A DNA stretch of 62,974 nucleotides, counting the filler, from Octopus bimaculoides (Eukaryota): assembly GCF_001194135.2 (NCBI RefSeq). It is 5 parts of 5 records of this genome, joined end to end, with 100 filler letters (N's around TTAATTAATTAA, not from the genome) between each part and the next. Parts side by side here need not be neighbours in the genome. Positions count along the whole stretch, not along the records: positions 37,899 to 55,934 come from NC_068988.1; positions 56,035 to 60,293 come from NC_068981.1; positions 60,394 to 62,974 come from NC_068987.1; 2 more parts are not named here. The stretch is one strand, 5' to 3'. The position numbers were made by a program, and so were the translations under genes. The notes below the pieces were generated by a model that worked only from the letters and a program-made list of their open reading frames with translations, had not been told where the DNA came from and searched no databases. Below, piece after piece: positions 49,661 to 62,974 of the stretch; position 1 is the first letter of the stretch, and every line of letters begins with the position of its first letter.

Positions 49661-52095
49661 TGAGAGAGAGAAAGAGAAAGGGAGCACATTTTATCTATAT
49701 AACTTCGGGATGGATTAGATATAATTTACACCTACCATTTCGTGGTTTAATCTAAAAATCTAATGAGAATGTATTGATTAATTGAAATCAGAGTGCGCAA
49801 TTATCAGAAAACAGATTTAAAATATCTATATTATATAAATAGTTTCGAAAGAACGTATTAAAATGGTTTAGATAGATATTGATTAAGGAATTACTTTAAA
49901 TTAAATCAGGAAATTAATGAAATTCAGAGGATTAATTTAATCTATAAATGAGTTTGAAATATATAATCTGCAGTATAAATGAAAACTGTAATATGTGAAA
50001 GACTTAGAATAAGATACGCCAGGTTGAATAGGAAAATAAAAATATTAAAATTGTTAAAATGTAAGAGTGCATGGTGTTTACAAGATAAGGCAAAGAAAAT
50101 GTTTGTATAGGGAGTTCATTTAATATGGAGTAAAATAATTTCTATACATGCATACACACACATGAGAGAAAAAAAAAATTGATTCAATATCATTTCAAAA
50201 GCAAGCATTGATTAAAATGTTTAGATTAAATTAGTATAGGTGAAATAATGATCAGAATCTATTGATTATGGATATATAACGAAATCTGATCAAACATTAC
50301 GGATTATAGTTTTTAAATTAAATTAGTTTATCTAATAGAGTAATTACAAAGTATTTTATTAACTAAGGATGTTTTAATGTGAAAAGAATAACAGCACAGA
50401 TAAATTTCAAATTAAAAGACTGCATAAATATAACAATTTTGAGGTTTAATGGTTCAGACATTTATTCTCAATGAGTGAGTACGCGTGTATGTGTATACTA
50501 GATGTCATTGCTTCATTTAAATCAACTGAAGCTTGGAAATTTAAGACACATTAAAATATTATTAAAACATACCATAAAGGAGTATATAACAAGAATTCAG
50601 AAAAAAAGATGCAGAGTGTATTACTTCAGATCTACAAAAGTAATAGATTACGAAGAAAAAGTCATATGAGGAAATAATTATTTTTTAAATAATAATAAAT
50701 ATTGCGGATACTGAAATGTATGTGATCTTCCTTAATGCATATATCAGAGCATGTGTGCTGACAGGGCGCTTTTCAATTTTGATTTCCTCTAGAATTAAAT
50801 CATCCGACTCGGGAATAACGTAGTACTCAACATTCATTTTTAAGTTAGATATAAGGATTGACTTTTGGACTTAATTCTACCGCTGACTCTAATAAATAAT
50901 TTTAAATAGGCCAGCTGGCTATTTATGATATCAGTATTTGAAAATATGTGGATATTCTATATATCATAGTAGCCGTAATATTTCAGATGGAATGTTTACG
51001 TGGATTAGCGTTGAAAAAGAATTGATCGGGAAATAATAGTAACTGAACTGGTCATCAGAAACGAACACAAGTTTTTTTCAACGGACAGTTTATTAATACA
51101 TTAGAGCTAAGTGTTGCTCGTTCTTAGCCCTTTTAATATTCCTTGATATATCAACTATTTCTTTTTCTACATTTGTTTCATCTATAAGTAATGTCTACAA
51201 GGCACATTCCTATTCATACATTCGGTGATATATTTTGTCTTAAGCATTTGGTTGCGCACTTGTTCGTGTTATTAATCTGAAAACTAAGAAAAGAAAATGT
51301 ATACAGAAATAATTATAGTTCTTTGATAATTATGAATGCCCCGCGCCGCACTCACAGAAACACCTCATTTTTCTGTTTTCTACTATCATTCTGCCCGTTT
51401 AACCACAACTGCACCTGCACTTTCTCTTTTTGTAGCTGGTTAATATTCTACAATTTCGAGACAAATAAATGTTCAGTTTACTACCAATATATCGTTTACT
51501 GCCATTAGTTTTTCGCAGGCTAAATGTCTCTCCTTCAACAATGTGCTCTGAAAGCACTGAATTTCGCAACGGCAGGTTATCCTGAAATCCGCCGACCCGC
51601 GTCACGATCGACGGCCTATATTGAGGAATAACGTCTTTCAAATTATACGATTGTAAATATATATCAAGCAAATGTAAGCATTCTAATTTCAGAACTTTTA
51701 AACATAACATTAATTCGCTAAAACCAAAAAAAAATATGAACATCAACATTCTATAATCTAAACAACGGCTCACTGTCCTTCTCACTTTTTAATACACGAT
51801 CAATTCAAAAGTTGAAAGATGGTGTATGGTCTGAGATACATAAATTTTATTAATAACATTGTGATTTTATTTCCAGAATACCAATTGCATACACAGACTC
51901 ACGCACACACACATACACACACAATGATGCAGTGGAAATGTGTCTTGTATTTGCAAATAAATGCTTATTTACATATATTCCTATATGCATACTTAAGCCT
52001 GAGTGCTTAGTGCATACACTATAGACACACACAGAGGATATGTCATATATTAATAGATATACATATAACATATACACCTCTCTATCCATTTATGC

Positions 52096-52127
<32 letters not shown>

Positions 52128-53332
52128 ATATATATATATNNNNNNNNNNNNNNNNNNNNNNNNNNNNNNNNNNNNNNNNNNNNNNNNNNNNNNNNNNNNN
52201 NNNNNNNNNNNNNNNNNNNNNNNNNNNNNNNNNNNNNNNNNNNNNNNNNNNNNNNNNNNNNNNNNNNNNNNNNNNNNNNNNNNNNNNNNNNNNNNNNNNN
52301 NNNNNNNNNNNNNNNNNNNNNNNNNNNNNNNNNNNNNNNNNNNNNNNNNNNNNNNNNNNNNNNNNNNNNNNNNNNNNNNNNNNNNNNNNNNNNNNNNNNN
52401 NNNNNNNNNNNNNNNNNNNNNNNNNNNNNNNNNNNNNNNNNNNNNNNNNNNNNNNNNNNNNNNNNNNNNNNNNNNNNNNNNNNNNNNNNNNNNNNNNNNN
52501 NNNNNNNNNNNNNNNNNNNNNNNNNNNNNNNNNNNNNNNNNNNNNNNNNNNNNNNNNNNNNNNNNNNNNNNNNNNNNNNNNNNNNNNNNNNNNNNNNNNN
52601 NNNNNNNNNNNNNNNNNNNNNNNNNNNNNNNNNNNNNNNNNNNNNNNNNNNNNNNNNNNNNNNNNNNNNNNNNNNNNNNNNNNNNNNNNNNNNNNNNNNN
52701 NNNNNNNNNNNNNNNNNNNNNNNNNNNNNNNNNNNNNNNNNNNNNNNNNNNNNNNNNNNNNNNNNNNNNNNNNNNNNNNNNNNNNNNNNNNNNNNNNNNN
52801 NNNNNNNNNNNNNNNNNNNNNNNNNNNNNNNNNNNNNNNNNNNNNNNNNNNNNNNNNTATATATATATATATATGTAAGTATTTTTTGCATTATACAAGT
52901 CTGTGTCTACTAGCATGTGCCTGCGGTATGCGTATTAGGCCGACCATGTAAACAGATTTTGTAATTTCGTTATGGGCATCGGTGTACATAGTTTCATATT
53001 ACAAACCCGATCACTTTAGTTGCTTCGTTTTAATTTTGTACACTTTATTTTTAGCCATATATGTTCATGTCTTCCTCCAGGTATTGTTTGTTTCCTTCGT
53101 TCACGTCTCGTAATTGTTTACCTTTCTATTTGCGTTATATATAAATTCATATCTTTTTATTTGCATTATATATAAATTCGTATCTCCATGACGTGGAGAG
53201 GGGAGAACGGTTTGCATAGGCGACTGCTGGTCTTCCATAAACAACATTGCCCAGACTGGTGCCTCGGAGGGTAACTTTCTAGGTGCAAGCCCATGGTCAG
53301 TCATGACCGAAAGGGGTAGCAGCAGCAGCAGC

Positions 53333-53366
<34 letters not shown>

Positions 53367-54883
53367 ACATCATATGAATTCATATATATATATATATATT
53401 GTGTGTTAGAGTCATTGAGTATGATACACAAATTACTATTGTGTCTGAATTTGTTGATTTTTCTGTTGTCTCACTAGAGGTACTGAATGATTTAGTAAGG
53501 GGTATCCAATCGTACAAAACTAACAATGCAGCCTCATACGGCTCCCCGGCTTGCCAGGTCGTATCAGACCGTTCAAACCAAGCCTGCATTAAAAATGAGG
53601 ATAATGATGATGACGACGTGGTGGTTTTGTGGTGATGGTGGTGGTGGTGATGATGATGTTGGTGACGACGATATACATGCACAGACACACACAAACTCAA
53701 ATACCGAAGGTAGAATAATATACTTTTATAAAAGCTTAAAATTCATCACAAGACTCTTCCTCAGAGTTTCACGTTCCCGTTCGTTCAACGTGAATCTCTG
53801 AGGAACTGTCTTGTGATAGTTTGTACCATTTATAAAAGCAGACATACACACATACATACGTAAATACATACATACATACATACATGTATAGTAATATGAA
53901 TGTATCAGGACCCAGAGAAAGAAGAATATAAAGGGTGCTGAACATAACCCGTTTGTTCCCCTTTCCCATATACTGCCGCCCATGAATTTCGAGGAGATTA
54001 TGGCTTACAAGTTTGGTCTGCGCGCTCTCACTCTCTTCTCCATCTTACAGAAAATACTATATCAAAAATTTGCCTGAATTTTATCAAACTCTTCCCATGT
54101 TTCTGTAATTGTCCATTCGAATCTCAGTTTCCATATACGTAGCCATGCAATTGGCAAAATGATAACTTTCAATAACGTTAGCACATTCACTTAGCAAATA
54201 ATCATTCGGTGGGACCTGACGTTTTTTCTCTCTCATTAGTGATTAAAACTTATATCATTTACAAATTTCCTTTGGGCCTCCCATAAGTATTGGTGCATCT
54301 TTAATAAGACCAATACGTTTGGGAAATAGTGTATTTGCTGAAGAAATACTAATCTGATGAACTTTGAAATCTTTAATAGTTTCTTATCAGATCTTCAGAA
54401 ATTGTTTTTAAATAAATGAAATTTGTCTTTCAATTCTCTGCAACAAATTTCTCTCTAACAACATATATTTTGGAAAATATGCATGAAATTATTCCATGAA
54501 AATTATTTTTCAAAAATCTGTTAACAGAAAAATTGTGGTCTAAAAATATTTTTAATGGTGTCTAATGATTCATAAGACATTTTAAAAAAATAATTCCTTA
54601 GAGGGCATGAAATCATATTATCTATATTAATACAGAAACAAAACCAAATTGCTGTAGACTTGCTAAAAGCATTGAGTAAATATAAAACAGCTTCGCCATA
54701 TATAAGTTATAATTTTATAATCACATATATTTATACTCAGAAGATGAAATTATTTCTTCACAAATATATGAAATTCAAATGATTTCTCAGTCAATATCAC
54801 ACATTTGCACGTACACAATTGCACGTACGCTCTCGCAGGTACACACGCGCACGTACACAGACGCATGTATACAGTCCGACACA

Positions 54884-54937
<54 letters not shown>

Positions 54938-55047
54938 ATGGACGTATATGTGTCTATATATATTTATATTTTTGGACGAATATAGTGTATGTGTGTGCTT
55001 GTGTACGCGTGTATTTGTGCGTATGTGCATTAGTAAATTTAGTTCTT

Positions 55048-55049
<2 letters not shown>

Positions 55050-55112
<63 letters not shown>

Positions 55113-55208
55113 TTTCTTTTCTTTCTTCTACTTCCCATTATTATTATCATTAATAATATTAAGAAGTAATGGTAGTATTAGCAGCAGCGACGACAGAAGT
55201 AATAGTAA

Positions 55209-55246
<38 letters not shown>

Positions 55247-55247
55247 C

Positions 55248-55295
<48 letters not shown>
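55050..55295. repeat. (ATT)n and (AGT)n microsatellites
   Basis: Seen directly. Confidence 0.97.
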
Positions 55296-55296
<1 letters not shown>

Positions 55297-55593
55297 TTGG
55301 TTAATGCAAAACCTGTTGCCAGACACTTCTATAGTGTATGTGAATAGCACAGATTTTTAACTTCATATTAATTTACCACTTATGGCTGGACACCATACTT
55401 AAAGTCTAATCACTGTATGCTAATATTTCAAGGCGTCACAGTCTGGGGCTGTAGGCAATACGAGCGAAATTCTTTAAAAAAACGTAATATTTAACCTACT
55501 AGATACTGCTTGAAATTTATTTGCCTTGTCTGTAGCACAATAATACATTCCTTCTATCTTTGGTGCTCTCTCTCTCTCTCTCGCTCTCCGTTA

Positions 55594-55934
55594 GGGGGGG
55601 GGTTGTATAGAGACGACTGCCTGTTGTATGTTAGGAATTGCTCAAACCAGGAACTACAGAGAATTAAGGGTAGGCTGGCTAGATTTTTCAACAGAATGGG
55701 GATGGGTATAGTTTACGAAGATGATATCTCAGTGGCAAATTTCCTAGACGTAACATTAGATATTAATAATAAAACATATAGACCATACCACAAACCCCTA
55801 ACGAACCTACAGTATATAAATAAATCAAGTAACGATCCTAGGGCTATCATAGAAAATCAAGTTAAAAATATATCTTTAAGACTCTCCAAATTATCTGCTA
55901 ACAATAGGGTATTTAATAATGAAGCTAATTTCTA
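55594..55934 (+). mobile_element. Penelope-like reverse transcriptase fragment
   Basis: GLYRDDCLL...VANFLDVTLDINNKTYRPYHKPLTNLQYINKSSNDPRAIIENQVKNISLRLSKLS. YRDD, NFLDVTL and YI..SNHP-like motifs are typical of PLE RTs. Cut by the spacer at 55935. Confidence 0.85.
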
Positions 55935-56034
55935 NNNNNNNNNNNNNNNNNNNNNNNNNNNNNNNNNNNNNNNNNNNNTTAATTAATTAANNNNNNNNNN
56001 NNNNNNNNNNNNNNNNNNNNNNNNNNNNNNNNNN
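55935..56034. other. Synthetic scaffold-join spacer
   Basis: 44 N + TTAATTAATTAA + 44 N = 100 nt. Confidence 0.95.
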
Positions 56035-56070
<36 letters not shown>

Positions 56071-56337
56071 AGGCATGGATGTGTGCTTAAGAAGTTCGTT
56101 TCACAATCACATGATTTTGGGTTCAATCTCACTGCGTGCTACTTTGGGCAAGCGTCTTCTGCTGTAACTTCGAGTTCACCATTATCTTGTTTTTCAACCC
56201 AACATCTACATGGTATTATTCATTGTTTTATGTGAGCTTCCAAAGCTGCTATTCTAAAAAAGGATTATTTCATGTTCTCTCGACAGTTTATAAAATTCTT
56301 ATGAGGTCAACAATATATATGTGTCTGTGTATGTACT

Positions 56338-57030
56338 CCATCCAGCAACGAATTTCGGGCTCGTGCCGATATCCGCAGCTTCGTGCGCCGAGTTAGGTTG
56401 TATGCGCTATTCCGTGACACTCCACCTGCATCTAATGAGGAGGACTGCTTCACCGACCTGGGCCGCCGACCATCCCACCCCATACCCCAACTCACACCCT
56501 ACCCTTGCTTTCCCTACTCTCGCCTCCCCCACTCTCGCCTTCCCCACTCTCGCCTCCCCCACATCGCAACACCCCCCACACCACACACCACCACACCACA
56601 ACACCATACCACACAACACCACATCACATCGCACCACCACGCACACACTATCACTGGCCACTTCCCAGCACCCACAGCATCATCCACACACCTACACATG
56701 CACACACGCACACGTCAAGATCACCAGCCCCTATCCACACGCGCATACACGCTCTCACATACACACGCATATGCACCTTTTGGGATCACCACGACTTTTG
56801 TTATCTCCCCTTCTTCCTAGCTCTCCTGTCTGACCAACTCTGTCCAGCATTCGCCATGATTGATCGGTAGCCACTAAACCTTTTTCTATTTTCTCTCCCT
56901 GTTTATTTCTGTGTTTCTTTCTGTTGAAGAGCGTAGGCTCGAAACGTAAAAGACTTTCTCACTACCCGAGCGTTAGACTAATACATGTTTGTTGTTTACA
57001 CACCCGTCTTCGTCTTTTTTTTGTTGTAAA
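56338..57030 (+). mobile_element. Penelope-like element remnant: N-terminal ORF fragment, low-complexity insert, 3' region with hammerhead motif
   Basis: SNEFRARADIRSFVRRVRLYALFRDTPPASNEEDCFTDLGRRPS resembles the recalled PLE N-terminal 'EF...FFRRLRL..HF' region. A hammerhead motif follows at 56916-56953. Confidence 0.55.
56916..56953 (+). ncRNA. Minimal hammerhead-like motif with variant core (CUGUUGA)
   Basis: TCTTT-CTGTTGA-A-GAGC(gtag)GCTC-GAAAC-GTA-AAAGA. Stem I TCTTT/AAAGA, stem II GAGC/GCTC and a GUA triplet are present. The core has U in place of the conserved A6. Confidence 0.6.
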
Positions 57031-57049
57031 TTCTAACTATATATATATC

Positions 57050-57111
<62 letters not shown>

Positions 57112-57139
57112 GTTTTTAAAAAAAGGTAAAGTAACGTTC

Positions 57140-57352
57140 TCGAATCATACCGACTCCCTGTTTCATGGAGTATATATCTCATCACCTGGACAGGACACTG
57201 GTCTGTCGCAGGATTACTCATTTTGGCCAGCTCAATTGACTGGAACAACGTGAAATTATGTGTTTTGCTCAAGAAGACAACTCTTCGTCCAGTTCAGAAA
57301 TTGAAACTACAATCTTACGACCATGAGTCCAACACCCTAACCACGAAGCCAC
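57140..57352 (-). mobile_element. Further tRNA-type SINE family (related fragment at about 58650-58810)
   Basis: Ends in ...ttacgaccatgagtccaacaccctaaccac, the reverse complement of a tRNA-like head. It shares a CCTGGAC.GGAC.C..GTC.GT.GC segment with 58738-58765. Confidence 0.5.
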
Positions 57353-57596
57353 ATTTCTCTGCGAAAGATGGCTGTGAAACAGGAGGAGCGAGCCCTGGAA
57401 AGAGAAGTGCTATTAGGGATAGTAGAAACTGGACTCAAGCTGGACTTTGATTAACCCTGGCTGGATCGCTTGAGTGAGGATGCCTTGTTGTTGGAAAGTC
57501 CGAAACACCTAATGACTCCAACAACACAGACGATGCGTCTTTGTGCATCACAGTATGATGAACGGGAAAATATATATGGGTATATATAAGTATGTA

Positions 57597-58468
57597 CAGA
57601 GTGCGGTGAATAAACCGTCGTCTAAATTACGCGAAAATGAAGATAACTGTGACATCTCATTTTAACAGATGTAGATACCAAAACTACATAAAAAATATCT
57701 TGTAATACTAAAGAGTAAATCTATTCAATAAAATCGCCATTAGCTTCCACCACAGCCTCTAAACGACTTCGGAATCTCCTGCAACTCTTCTGGACGGTCT
57801 CTTTGTTTATGTTGCTGAACGCTGCCATAATCCTTGCCTTCAGTTCATCTTTGGTGTTACAAGGAGTTATGTTGGCCTCTCGCTCAACTGTGCGCCGCAT
57901 ATAATAATCAAGGGGATTACAGTCTGGGGAGGTAGATGGCCAGATGTTAGGAATGATGCGGTCATAGAAATTGTTTGACAGCCATGTCTGGGTTTTCCTG
58001 CTTGTGTGGCATGGTGCAGAGTCCTGTTGCTAGACATAGAGTCTTCTAGAAGCCAACTTCTTGACCCAGAGCAGCACTACCTCCTCCAAGCACTTGATGT
58101 AGGCCTCTGTGTTGAGTCTGAGGCCGTGTAGGAAGATGAATGGAGGCATAACGACGCCGTCACCAGTGATCCCCCCAAACACCATGATGTTGACTGGATG
58201 TTTGATTTTTATCACTCTCGCTACATATCCTCAGATTCCTATCCAAACACTCTGAAATGTTCGTATTGAAGCTTCCGGCGCGAATGCCAAGTACTACAGC
58301 ATGTCGTTTTCAAATTTCTGGCAGAGTGAATTGCATTATGGTGCTGTTTTCCTCACAGTCGGTGCCCAACTGACTCTACTATACTGTGTAGTCGACAAAA
58401 TCAAAAACAATGTACATGCGCGAAATTAAAAATATAGAATGGCGACAATTTATCCATCGCACCCTCTA
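57597..58468 (-). mobile_element. Internally deleted Tc1/mariner element of D,D37D (maT/Bmmar1-like) type
   Basis: Minus strand reads IMVFGGIT...QQDSAPCHTSRKTQTWL...WPSTSPDCNPLDY, with 37 residues between the second and third D. Degenerate TIRs flanked by TA at 57595-96 and 58469-70. Confidence 0.85.
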
Positions 58469-60293
58469 TACATATTTGTGTGTTCGTGTTACAGTGTTAT
58501 GATGTGTTTTTTGTTTTTTTTTAGAATCCATAATTTAGCGATCAACAAATAACTTTTGACTGAAATAAGTTCTTGAATCGATATGATCGACAAAATACGT
58601 AGAGACAGTAACTCCAGCATGTATGATGACTGACAGCTGTAATAAAATACTTAAGTCTGTCATGGCCCCTAGGTTTCATAAGGCCGGGGTTTTACTCCGT
58701 TTCCATAGTATAAAAGTGACCGAGATCACAACACTTCCCCCTGGACGAGACGCCAATCTGTTGCGGAGTTTAACTCCCCTCGCTACTGCTGAAACTCATT
58801 TAAACTGAGTATCTTTTATCTTTTACTTGTTTCGGTCATTAGACTGCGGTCATGCTGGGGCACCGCCCTGAAAAGTTTTTAGCCGAATGAATCGTCCGTA
58901 GTACATGTGGGGTTTTTTTTTGTTTATTTTTAGGCTGGTACTTATTTGATCGGTTTCTTTTGCTGAGCCGCTAAGTTATAGAAGCATAGACACCAATCGT
59001 CAAGCGGTGATGCGGGAAACACACACACGTACACACACAATACATACATACATACATACATACATACAAACATACAAACATACGACGGGCTCCTATCAGT
59101 TTCTGTCTTCCAAATCCACTTACAAAGCTTTGGTCAGCCTGAGGCTATAGCAGAAGAGACTTGCCCAAGATGCCATGCTGAGGAATGAGCCTAGAAACAT
59201 GTGGTTGGGAAGTAACCTTCATACCACTCAGCCACGCTTTCCCCTATTTGTTAAATGAAGCGCTTTGCTTAAAAGTGCAACGGGCCACCTGGTCCCCGAA
59301 TCAAAACCACAGCTTTACATTCGTGACCGCGAAACTCTGTCCACTAAGTCACTAAGGGTAATAGCATAAAATACTAAATGGTTATATATTCCGGAAAACA
59401 ATACCAAACATCAAACCGTTTGTTCCTTGGGAATTAATCTGTATATGTGAGACGAATATGGAGACAAAGATTATGGAGATAATCGACTGCAGTATGGTTT
59501 TCACAGGGCTGTGAAGTGGTTTGCATAAAAATATAAATGAATGAGACAAAGAGATTAAAATCTCGTTCGTTTTCTGTGATATCTTTAAAAAAGATTATTG
59601 AAATCTTTGATTTGTTTATCTGTTTTATCAGTCAATCAACATTTGGTCTATTAATCTGTTGATCAATTTGATCTGTTAATCAACGCTTCATCTCTTGCTA
59701 ATCGATATTCTGCGCATGAGTAGGGTTTGAACTCGGAAGCCGTTGGAATACGTAGTTTCTAAATGCAACGATGTTCTTAGTTGGACTTTAATGTAACGAT
59801 AGCAACTATAGCCATCGAGACTGATTATCATAGCATACGACCAGACATGTATAGAGGGGAGGAAGGGGTAGAGGAGGTATTAATATCACTGTAATCCTGG
59901 CAGTAGTTTCATTTGATTGAACTAGGAGAGATGAAAAGGTGACGTGGATCCCGTTGGGACGAGAACACAGAGTGTAGGGGATGTGAAAACTAAATCTTGT
60001 AAAGTGTTTTCTCCGTCGATTTACCGAACCCCCACCACATCACCATCTACAACAACATTTCAGCAACGTCATCGTCATCATCAGCAGCAGCAACAGTAAT
60101 AAGAACAATATCTTCTGCTATTGAAACAGCAACAATTATCGCAATTATTGCAAACTCAACAGAAACTACTTCAACAATAAACAAGAACTGCAACAGCTAG
60201 AAAAAAACAACCACAAGATCCATGACCACAACAATGACAGCAACGACAAACAACACCACATACAACCTACCACCTCATGACAATAGCTACTAC

Positions 60294-60393
60294 NNNNNNN
60301 NNNNNNNNNNNNNNNNNNNNNNNNNNNNNNNNNNNNNTTAATTAATTAANNNNNNNNNNNNNNNNNNNNNNNNNNNNNNNNNNNNNNNNNNNN
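60294..60393. other. Synthetic scaffold-join spacer
   Basis: 44 N + TTAATTAATTAA + 44 N = 100 nt. Confidence 0.95.
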
Positions 60394-60429
<36 letters not shown>

Positions 60430-60857
60430 CTATGTGCGTTTGTGCGCTTAAATAAAAGTATTCAGTTTAAACAAAACTATTTAGTTTAAGCATTTTATAT
60501 TTTTTTAAGAAAGTAAATTCATGCGTATTTTACAGAAATGGTTTCGAAAAGAAATGCAAAATGAAGAAAAAGAGAAAAAGGATGACAGAAGCAAAATAAT
60601 CATAAAGCATAAAATATCATCGAAAAAAATGTTACGTTATTTCTGTTGAGAAAACAAATCGTCCTTAAATGAGAAAAGGAAGTATTTGCTAACAATGGTC
60701 GAACTGATCATGTCGTAGTTTTGCGATGATATTGATGATGATGATGATGAACATCATCATCCTGTTGCCACCGTCGTCAGCTTCGTCGTCGTTGTCGTTA
60801 TCATCATCATCATCATCATTATTATTACCGTTATCCATATCGCTGCCATTGTCGTCG

Positions 60858-60934
60858 TCTTCTTCTTCTTCTTCTTCTTCTTCTTCTTCTTCTTCTTCTT
60901 CTTCTTCTTCTTCTTCTTCTTCTTCTTCTTCTTC

Positions 60935-61016
<82 letters not shown>

Positions 61017-61041
61017 CCTTTCTCTTTTTCTCTCTCAACAT

Positions 61042-61074
<33 letters not shown>

Positions 61075-61075
61075 T
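60858..61075. repeat. Compound (TCT)n-(CAT)n followed by (GA)n
   Basis: Seen directly. Confidence 0.97.
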
Positions 61076-61192
61076 ACATACATATTCTTATACATAAGCA
61101 CACTCTTATGCATACAATATTATTTTGTATATAGATATACATGCATACAATAATACTATTATACGTATGTATGATAGAATTGTAATTATACG

Positions 61193-61226
<34 letters not shown>

Positions 61227-61564
61227 TACATACATGCATACAAACGCATATACATACATACAAGTATACCTTCATATATACGTACATACATACATACATA
61301 ATGAGAGAGGGGGAGGAAGTGGAAATGACTTACTGTTAGAAGACAGAGGAAAAGGGAAAAGCTGCATAGAAGTGATGGTTTTGAAAAAAAAAATATTTAA
61401 CTAGTGTGAGGACAATGGACGAAAATGTGGTTGGTGCGTGACATGAGCGATAAAATGTGTTTTAGATGAGTAATGCTATAATACAGTGTAAAATATCGAA
61501 CAAGCGAGCAGGTAAGAAGAACAACACACAACATTCTGTTCTGCATTTTCACATACACATACAA

Positions 61565-61575
61565 GCACACACACA

Positions 61576-61672
<97 letters not shown>

Positions 61673-61774
61673 GCCCCTCCACACATATATGTATGCATAC
61701 ACATATGCATGTATATATACAAAAATGTACACATTCAAACATGCTAAAACATGTATATATGTCTGTCTGTCTGC

Positions 61775-61844
<70 letters not shown>

Positions 61845-61860
61845 GTCTGTCTATCTGTCT
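61565..61860. repeat. (CA)n and (CTAT)n microsatellites, representative of dozens of (TA)n, (CA)n, (GA)n, (TATG)n and (GATA)n tracts across the window
   Basis: Seen directly. Confidence 0.95.
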
Positions 61861-62639
61861 ATCTACACATATGCTCATACTAACATATCTATATACACAT
61901 ATACACATATTTATTCATATACTCACATACACTCACGCACACATATACACATGCAAATATATATATACATATGCATATTTGCACACGAGCACACATACAC
62001 ACACATATACTCACACATGTAGAGACATTGCAAATATCACATACACACATGAAAAGAAGCAATAAACAAATCCTAAAAAACAAATAAAAATAGAAACACA
62101 AGAAATACCATAAAATATAAGAAAACAACAACATAAAAAAAATCTAAAATGACTTGTTAGACAATTTTGAAACGAAAAAAACCTTTTTCTTCAGAAAAAA
62201 TTTGAAAAAATATACAATTTAAGAGAAATTACTAAAAACAATTCACCGCCAACAACAATTTAAGACAAAAATACTTTAAAAAATTATAAAAATCAATAAC
62301 ATATTTAAGAAAAAATAAGCACATTAAAGCTCGTTACAATAACAATAAATAAATAAATATAATATAAGATAAGAACGAAAACAAAATTTGCAAGTTGTAA
62401 AGATTATTAGTGTGCCAGTTGAAACCAAAAGTAATTCTGAAAGTACGATAAAGCCATTGTCTGCGTTTAAAACGTAATATCACATCTTCGAAACTGCTTT
62501 CTGTATCACTTTGTACCGACGCACATGCATGCATGCACGTATACGTGTACACACACGCACACACAGACGTATATGCACATATATAATAAATACATACAGA
62601 CATACATACACAAACATACATATATATATACGCACGCGC

Positions 62640-62690
<51 letters not shown>

Positions 62691-62974
62691 CAAACATGTA
62701 CATAGTATATATGCATATATGTGTGTGTATGTATGTGTGTGTAATGTAAATATGCACATATACAAACGCACACACTCTTATATGTGAGTGAGAGTGTATT
62801 CAATGTATATACATACATAAATTCATATATATATATATGTATGCATGTATGTATATTAAATGTCTATAACTTTGCCTTATATATATAAGACATAGGCATT
62901 TCAATATAGCGCTTACAAATACACACACATATGTATGTATATCACTCTCTCTATATATGTATATATATATATAT

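Noticed and set aside
55594-57030. A single Penelope element spanning the RT fragment and the downstream remnant
   Set aside because: The two parts are separated by an artificial spacer, and the order (RT before the N-terminal fragment) does not fit one element.
57460-57515. Third hammerhead (GAGGA...TCCGAAAC)
   Set aside because: The core reads TTGAGTGA rather than CUGANGA, and no NUH triplet or stem I follows GAAAC.

Overview
AT-rich, gap-riddled animal genomic DNA dominated by microsatellites and decayed transposons. The RTE LINE and tRNA-SINE families look like those of Octopus (recognition from memory, not a search). Four identical synthetic spacers (44 N + TTAATTAATTAA + 44 N) split the window into five separately assembled pieces: 1-11918, 12019-37798, 37899-55934, 56035-60293 and 60394-62974. 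Only one host coding exon is supportable: a 225-nt menin (MEN1) exon at 26093-26317 (+). The rest includes mariner, maT (D,D37D), hAT, Helitron, RTE, R4/Dong-like, Penelope-like and Chapaev-3-like remnants and at least four SINE families. Most ORFs in the supplied track are artefacts of simple repeats or N runs. The most interesting signals are: (1) a young 385-bp TSD-flanked element that joins a tRNA-like Pol III head to a Penelope-type tail with a minimal hammerhead ribozyme, inside 106-bp inverted arms; (2) a second, variant-core hammerhead in a Penelope remnant; (3) CpG decay in repeats that appears confined to the menin-bearing piece; (4) a nested inverted-repeat cluster downstream of the menin exon. 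All alignments and folds were done by eye and no database searches were run. Coordinates of decayed elements are approximate.
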